Shown: positions 59,150 through 64,000 of the stretch, one piece after another
How positions within the stretch are numbered: position 1 is the stretch's first letter
Layout: each line of letters opens with the position of its first letter
NCBI GenBank assembly: GCA_016839745.1
Contig: JAEOTS010000044.1
Span: 30,286 to 94,285 of the forward strand
Direction: 5' to 3'
DNA length: 64,000 nt
DNA from: Promethearchaeota archaeon
Lineage (GTDB): Archaea > Asgardarchaeota > Lokiarchaeia > Sigyniarchaeales > SOKP01
Program-made: the position numbers and the translations under genes
Notes under the pieces: generated by a model
Databases searched by the model: none
Seen by the model: only the letters and a program-made list of their open reading frames with translations
Told to the model about the DNA's origin: nothing

Positions 59150-60697
59150 ATGCCGAATCTAGATTGGAAGGGCAAAGATAATTTTCGAATATCTAACACC
59201 AATAAATCTCAACCTGTTTACCCTTTCCATATAAAGGAGTTGATTAGATACCCATTAATTGACAATATTGGAATACATAACGAAATGATTAAAAAAAAAA
59301 TGGAAGAATATCAAAAGAAAGAAGTATCATCCAAAGAGTGGGTTAATTGCTTAATCCAAGGAGATAATAAAGATATTATGTATTCTTTGCTCCAAATTTA
59401 CTCGAAAAAAATCAAATTAATTTATATCGATCCACCTTTTGCGACAGGAGGGAATTTCGAAGCCAAAATGTTTATAGGAGAAGAGGACTCGTTTGAAGTC
59501 AGGAAGGCTTATTCAGACTCTTGGAGTGGAGGTATTGATGCTTATATTGATTTTTTATATGAAAGATTAATTTTAATGAAGGAATTGCTCGCAGAAGACG
59601 GAAGTATTTATGTGCATTTAGATTGGCACATTTCACATTATATAAAAATAATAATGGATGAAATTTTTGGAAAAGAAAATTTTAAAAATGAGATAATCTG
59701 GGCGTATCCCGCAGCTTCAGCTAGAACGAGGAAGTTCTTTATCCGCTCTTTTGATACGATTTTATTTTATACGAAATCTAATGATTATACTTTTAACGAC
59801 GATCCTAACATTTATATGGAATACTCTGACCGAGTTAAGTTTGCTTTAAAAACTGACGATAATGGAACTTATTATCATCGCGGAGGTAGTCATAACGGTA
59901 AAAAACTCTCGCAAAAAGTATACATCTCAAATAAGGGAATCTTTCCTCGTGATGTTTGGACAGATTTACCTTATATCAGGGCAAATACTCCAGAATATCA
60001 AGCATTTTCCACGCAAAAACCTGAGAGATTGTTGAAGAGGATAATTCTTGCTTCTTCAAATAAGAATGATATTGTAGCAGATTTTTTCTGTGGAACTGGC
60101 ACAACATTAGTAGTAGCTGAAAAACTAGGACGAAGATGGATTGGCTCAGATATAGGAAAACACGCTATAAACATATGTCGTAAAAGAATACTTGATGTTT
60201 GGAATAGTAATGATCTCATAAATTGGGAACATAAATATCAAGAAATTCCCAAACCATTTAGAGTCTTAAGGATTAACAATAATCAGCAAGATAATGATAT
60301 TGATATAAGATTTATAACTGAAAGTGTTCAAGATAAATCAAAAAACTCCTTATTTCAGAATGTCAAATTTGATGTTAAAATATATAAAGACAAGAATAAT
60401 GTTCTAATTGATTTAATAGATTACTCCATTCCAAACGTAAATCTTATTAAAGAGAAGATAAAAAATAAGATAAAAAGTTTTTCTGATTGGATTGATAGTT
60501 GGACTATAGACTTTAATCATCGAAAAGATTATTTTATCTCGACTTGGATTTCATACAGAACGTTAAAGAATCGTAGATTGAACCTAACTTCAATTTTTCA
60601 TACCTATAGCAAACAAGGAAATTATTGTATAGCAGTAAAAGTAAATGATATTCTAGGAAATGAAATAATTCAAGAATACGAGATAAATATAGAATAA
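59150..60697 (+). CDS. orphan site-specific DNA methyltransferase (beta class, Mod-like)
   Basis: IYIDPPF (motif IV) before TQKPE and DFFCGTGTT (motif I); LDWKGK N-terminus; DSWTIDF C-terminal domain. Confidence 0.92.
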   Translation: MPNLDWKGKDNFRISNTNKSQPVYPFHIKELIRYPLIDNIGIHNEMIKKKMEEYQKKEVSSKEWVNCLIQGDNKDIMYSLLQIYSKKIKLIYIDPPFATGGNFEAKMFIGEEDSFEVRKAYSDSWSGGIDAYIDFLYERLILMKELLAEDGSIYVHLDWHISHYIKIIMDEIFGKENFKNEIIWAYPAASARTRKFFIRSFDTILFYTKSNDYTFNDDPNIYMEYSDRVKFALKTDDNGTYYHRGGSHNGKKLSQKVYISNKGIFPRDVWTDLPYIRANTPEYQAFSTQKPERLLKRIILASSNKNDIVADFFCGTGTTLVVAEKLGRRWIGSDIGKHAINICRKRILDVWNSNDLINWEHKYQEIPKPFRVLRINNNQQDNDIDIRFITESVQDKSKNSLFQNVKFDVKIYKDKNNVLIDLIDYSIPNVNLIKEKIKNKIKSFSDWIDSWTIDFNHRKDYFISTWISYRTLKNRRLNLTSIFHTYSKQGNYCIAVKVNDILGNEIIQEYEINIE

Positions 60698-60701
60698 TCT
60701 T

Positions 60702-62087
60702 CTATTTTACGATTTCACGTAATAGTAACGTTGCATAAGAGCCCTTCTGTAGAGAAAACTCGATTTTTAATTTATATTTATTCTGAAAAACCTCGTCTTC
60801 AGAATATTCCAAAATTTTTAAGCCTAAAGGTTTAGCAATTATCGGTCTAAATGATCCCTTGAACTCGTATGTTTCTAACAATTTATGGTTAAATATATCT
60901 GCAGATATTCCCTCATTATCAAGAATTTCTAATGCTAAAGATTTAATGGTTGGATACTCGTCTAAATTTGTATTATATCCAATTAATGGATATACTATTT
61001 TAGCTCGGTTTAAATCATAAGCTTCTTCGAGAAACTTATCGTACAATCCGTTGTATAAATATTTGATTTGAGTGATATTTCCATTCTCGTCGTCTAAAAT
61101 ATTAAAAATATCACCTTTAACGGGTTTGCTTAAAGAAATTCCTTTTTTATATCTCAAGGATATCATTTTGTTGAACAAATAAGATTGAAATGAACTAATC
61201 AGTAACTTAATAAGGTACTTAGGTAAGTGATTAATTGCTCCTTCGTAATCACGAGGATTATCTATTAAATATTTAATCATTATTCTTTCATAATTTAAAC
61301 CTTTAGGAAATGCATCGTACGCTTTTTCGAAATTACCTGTTTTTCTTAGATCTTCCCTTACTTCTCGAGATTGAGGTAATTCTGATGAATAATTTGTTAT
61401 AACAAACTCATCAAACGCCTTTTTAAATTCGTTTTCTAAAATAAATCTCCCTACTAGGTGTGAATTCGGTCTAAAAGTGCCAAATCTTTGAATCCCGTAG
61501 TAGTTTGGAAATCCTTGAGTGCGTAAAATCACTAATAAATCTTCTAATACTTTTTTTTCATTACCTTTATGTTCGATATTTCTAATAGTAATTTCAAAGT
61601 GGTTTCCCCAATTATTTCCTAATTTAACGGGATATTTTGAAGGGTTAATATTTCTGATAAAAATATCGTTTAATTTTAATTTCTTTAACTTTTCAACATG
61701 ATTTCCTTTAATTGAGGCTTGTTGAACGCTTATGGCTCGTTTATCCTTTAATCCCGCATATTCTATTGCTTTAGGTGCTATTCCCAAAGCACTGCTAATC
61801 AATCTTACCGCTTCGAATGTGTCTTTATTGATTTTCACAAGGTTAAAAGTAGTATAATTGTCTTTGGTTTCTTCAGAATAACTAGTGGGAGTGTAATCCT
61901 CGTTAATCTCTAGAACTCGTCCTGAGTAAGTGATCTCTTTAACGATAAAGTCCTTATAACGGTTTTTAATAGTTCCATGAATAGATTTTATTCCAGAAGT
62001 TGAAAATACTTCAATACCTACAATTTTTTCGACTTCTCTCTCGTTATTATTATTAAAGACGTGAACAATATCTCTATTTTCTTCCAA
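60702..62087 (-). CDS. truD: tRNA pseudouridine(13) synthase
   Basis: DFIVKE, AGLKDKRAIS, GNHF, PNYYGIQRFG, QSYLFN, GSYATLLLRE. Confidence 0.96.
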   Translation of the reverse strand: MEENRDIVHVFNNNNEREVEKIVGIEVFSTSGIKSIHGTIKNRYKDFIVKEITYSGRVLEINEDYTPTSYSEETKDNYTTFNLVKINKDTFEAVRLISSALGIAPKAIEYAGLKDKRAISVQQASIKGNHVEKLKKLKLNDIFIRNINPSKYPVKLGNNWGNHFEITIRNIEHKGNEKKVLEDLLVILRTQGFPNYYGIQRFGTFRPNSHLVGRFILENEFKKAFDEFVITNYSSELPQSREVREDLRKTGNFEKAYDAFPKGLNYERIMIKYLIDNPRDYEGAINHLPKYLIKLLISSFQSYLFNKMISLRYKKGISLSKPVKGDIFNILDDENGNITQIKYLYNGLYDKFLEEAYDLNRAKIVYPLIGYNTNLDEYPTIKSLALEILDNEGISADIFNHKLLETYEFKGSFRPIIAKPLGLKILEYSEDEVFQNKYKLKIEFSLQKGSYATLLLREIVK

Positions 62088-62111
62088 TTTTATTAGCCTA
62101 AAAGTATTATA

Positions 62112-62468
62112 TTATAGTAACTTTAAATCCCCAGTAACTTTATCTAAGGTTTCCGAGAGTGCAGGTCCTATTCCTAAAGCAGTGGTGGTTCCAGGAGCTA
62201 GCTGTGTTAACCCAGCGTCTCTAATTAAAAAAAAGGGGATTTTATTTTTTTCTAATTTAAAGACAATCTCATTAAGTTCTTCCATGCTACTTACTCTTAG
62301 AATAACCTTCTTTTGTCCGGTGTTTTTCCATTTTTTCCATGCTTCTTTATTTTTTATCCTAACCAAATCTGCTGATGATATCGAAGCATGGCACGACTGA
62401 GCACATTTTTTCCCTGTACCCATCTTTAAATCTGTCCGTATTAAGATGACTTGTTTATATTCATCCAC
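62112..62468 (-). CDS. pth2: peptidyl-tRNA hydrolase 2
   Basis: [31 protein letters not shown]. Confidence 0.97.
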   Translation of the reverse strand: MDEYKQVILIRTDLKMGTGKKCAQSCHASISSADLVRIKNKEAWKKWKNTGQKKVILRVSSMEELNEIVFKLEKNKIPFFLIRDAGLTQLAPGTTTALGIGPALSETLDKVTGDLKLL

Positions 62469-62520
62469 AATATATTAAACCTACTCGATAATAAGAATTT
62501 GAGAAACAAAATAATTTAAT

Positions 62521-63030
62521 TTATTCAAATTCGATACGAATTGTTTTGTCAGTGAGCTCAAGAATTAATTCTTCAAGTTCTTCCTTGGTAAATAAGATTG
62601 CTTCTTGATCCTTTTTGGAAAGAACTCCTTTAAATTCAATATCTCCTGTGGCCAAAAAGATCTCATTTAACGAAATTAATTTGCTAGGAGCGATTAAACT
62701 TTCTAAAGCGGCTCTAAGGTTTTGGGTTCGTTCTATTAAAATTAAATCGTCCACTTCGTATGTTTCTTTTATCCAATTTATTAAATTTTGCGTGATTTTA
62801 ATCTTATCTTTCTTTCCGACAACAAATATGACGACATCCTCGAAATCGATTGCTTTAAAGAAAGAAACATTTTTTAGAAATCCAAATTTTTCTTCTTCTT
62901 CCAAAACAAGTAAATCCTTAGCTAAATCTAACTCAAATTGAGTAAGAACTCCCGTATCTAGTTTTTCTTGACAACTAGCACACAAAAATCCAGAATTTAC
63001 ACATGTTTTACACGCGGGAAGATTTTTCAT
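62521..63030 (-). CDS. archaeal NusA-like paralog with N-terminal CxxC-CxxC zinc motif
   Basis: LPACKTCVNSGFLCASCQEKL N-terminus, degenerate KH domains, synteny with pth2/truD. Confidence 0.8.
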   Translation of the reverse strand: MKNLPACKTCVNSGFLCASCQEKLDTGVLTQFELDLAKDLLVLEEEEKFGFLKNVSFFKAIDFEDVVIFVVGKKDKIKITQNLINWIKETYEVDDLILIERTQNLRAALESLIAPSKLISLNEIFLATGDIEFKGVLSKKDQEAILFTKEELEELILELTDKTIRIEFE

Positions 63031-63046
63031 TTAGCTTCTAATCCAC

Positions 63047-63250
63047 TTATAACTCGATAATATCACAAGTAAGATTTCTTACAAGTCTATCAGCAGTTGT
63101 AGGGTCCGTTTTATACGTATATAGTCGCTTTTTGGTTCTTAACTTCAACTTCACAACATCTTTTACTCGTTTAACCCGACAATGGACGGCAAACTCCGCT
63201 AATTCTAAAAACTTTTCCTCGTCAAATATCTCGCTTGGCAACTTTTTCAA
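63047..63250 (-). CDS. rpl38e: 50S ribosomal protein L38e
   Basis: PSEI...FLELA...RVKR...KLKLRTKKRLYT. Confidence 0.9.
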   Translation of the reverse strand: MKKLPSEIFDEEKFLELAEFAVHCRVKRVKDVVKLKLRTKKRLYTYKTDPTTADRLVRNLTCDIIEL

Positions 63251-63492
63251 CTTATTTGAAATTAATATAATTCTAACTTAAAGCTTAAAATTATTTATAA
63301 AATTTTAATTTTTACTTTATTTCTTTATCGCATGTAATCCTATATCAAAAAATTTTTTAGCTTGCAAATGTTTTACAATTTATTCTTTAGTTGAAACTTG
63401 AATAAGAACCTAATAAAATTGTTTCAAGAAGAATAGCAGTAAAATAATCATTAAATAAACCAAAATAGTTAGCAGATAAAGGAGAGTATTGT

Positions 63493-63654
63493 ATGCCCAT
63501 TGATGACCCATATAAAAGAAAGATAGCTAGACATCATTTATTAATGAAAACCGTATGTCGCAAATGCGGAGCTTTAAACCCCCTCAGAGCAAAAAAGTGT
63601 CGAAGATGCCGATCTAAAGATTTACGCCTAAAGAAAAGAGAACTACAGAAATAA
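63493..63654 (+). CDS. rpl40e: 50S ribosomal protein L40e (not in ORF track)
   Basis: MPIDDP...[28 protein letters not shown], 53 aa. Confidence 0.95.
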   Translation: MPIDDPYKRKIARHHLLMKTVCRKCGALNPLRAKKCRRCRSKDLRLKKRELQK

Positions 63655-63827
63655 AGCGAGAAAAAACTTTTATTTGCTATACGAAATTTTACAAATCTCA
63701 TTATTTTCTACAAACACCCCTTTAAGTTTTAAAAAATAAAATTTTCGTAAACTTTTTTAATTTTATGACTTAGAGATCATTATATAACTAATAATTATTT
63801 TAAAAAATCAAATAGTGTGAATTTAAA

Positions 63828-64000
63828 ATGGCACAATTAGGCGGTCAACCTATCTTTATTATGAAGGAAGGGACCGAAAGAACACGTGGAAAAGATGCTA
63901 TGGAAAATAACATCGCAGCTGCGAAAGTTATCGCTGAAGCGGTGCGAACATCACTCGGACCTCGTGGAATGGATAAAATGCTCGTTGACCAGTTTGGCGA
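63828..64000 (+). CDS. thermosome (group II chaperonin) subunit, 5' part; runs off the window
   Basis: [16 protein letters not shown]...NNIAAAK...[15 protein letters not shown]. Confidence 0.96.
   Translation, partial: MAQLGGQPIFIMKEGTERTRGKDAMENNIAAAKVIAEAVRTSLGPRGMDKMLVDQFG

Noticed and set aside
373-62941. Numerous 60-160 aa ORFs antisense or off-frame to recognised genes (e.g. 373-669, 1730-2011, 9616-9969, 20330-20764, 32023-32511, 62615-62941)
   Set aside because: Shadow ORFs overlapping well-supported genes, with no recognisable motifs.
1-64000. CRISPR arrays, IS elements, integrases or proviral genes, including att-like repeats of the tRNA 3' ends
   Set aside because: No regularly spaced repeats, transposase or integrase motifs, or duplicated tRNA ends were seen by eye.

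Overview
AT-rich archaeal chromosomal window, most likely Asgard (Lokiarchaeia/Promethearchaeia). This inference rests on archaeal-type information genes (GluRS, ThrRS, AspRS, type II Map, TruD, Pth2, L38e, L40e, NusA paralog, thermosome, CTP-dependent riboflavin kinase) together with eukaryotic-signature-type proteins (Rab-like GTPase, longin+wHTH NPRL2-like protein, JAMM/MPN protease, VTT/DedA protein). About 8.6-33.7 kb is a mostly catabolic/accessory block for lipids, glycolipids and sugar acids: amidase, ALDH, farnesol-dehydrogenase-like SDR, three SCP2-like proteins, GH5 endoglycoceramidase-related protein, SDRs, Gfo/Idh/MocA, BKACE, KdgK-like kinase and GHMP kinases. Two tRNA genes carry 30-nt introns at non-canonical positions. 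Signals missing from the ORF track: (1) a ~500-nt, extensively base-paired candidate ncRNA at 55452-55950 with its own TATA box, a 12-bp terminal helix and a T11 terminator, the best lead in the window; (2) several genes that appear to start at ATT/ATA; (3) unlisted small proteins (L40e, a 55-aa zinc ribbon, a 110-codon ORF) and an M24 peptidase remnant. No CRISPR array, rRNA, transposase or integrase was seen. All family assignments come from motif recognition by eye, not database searches.
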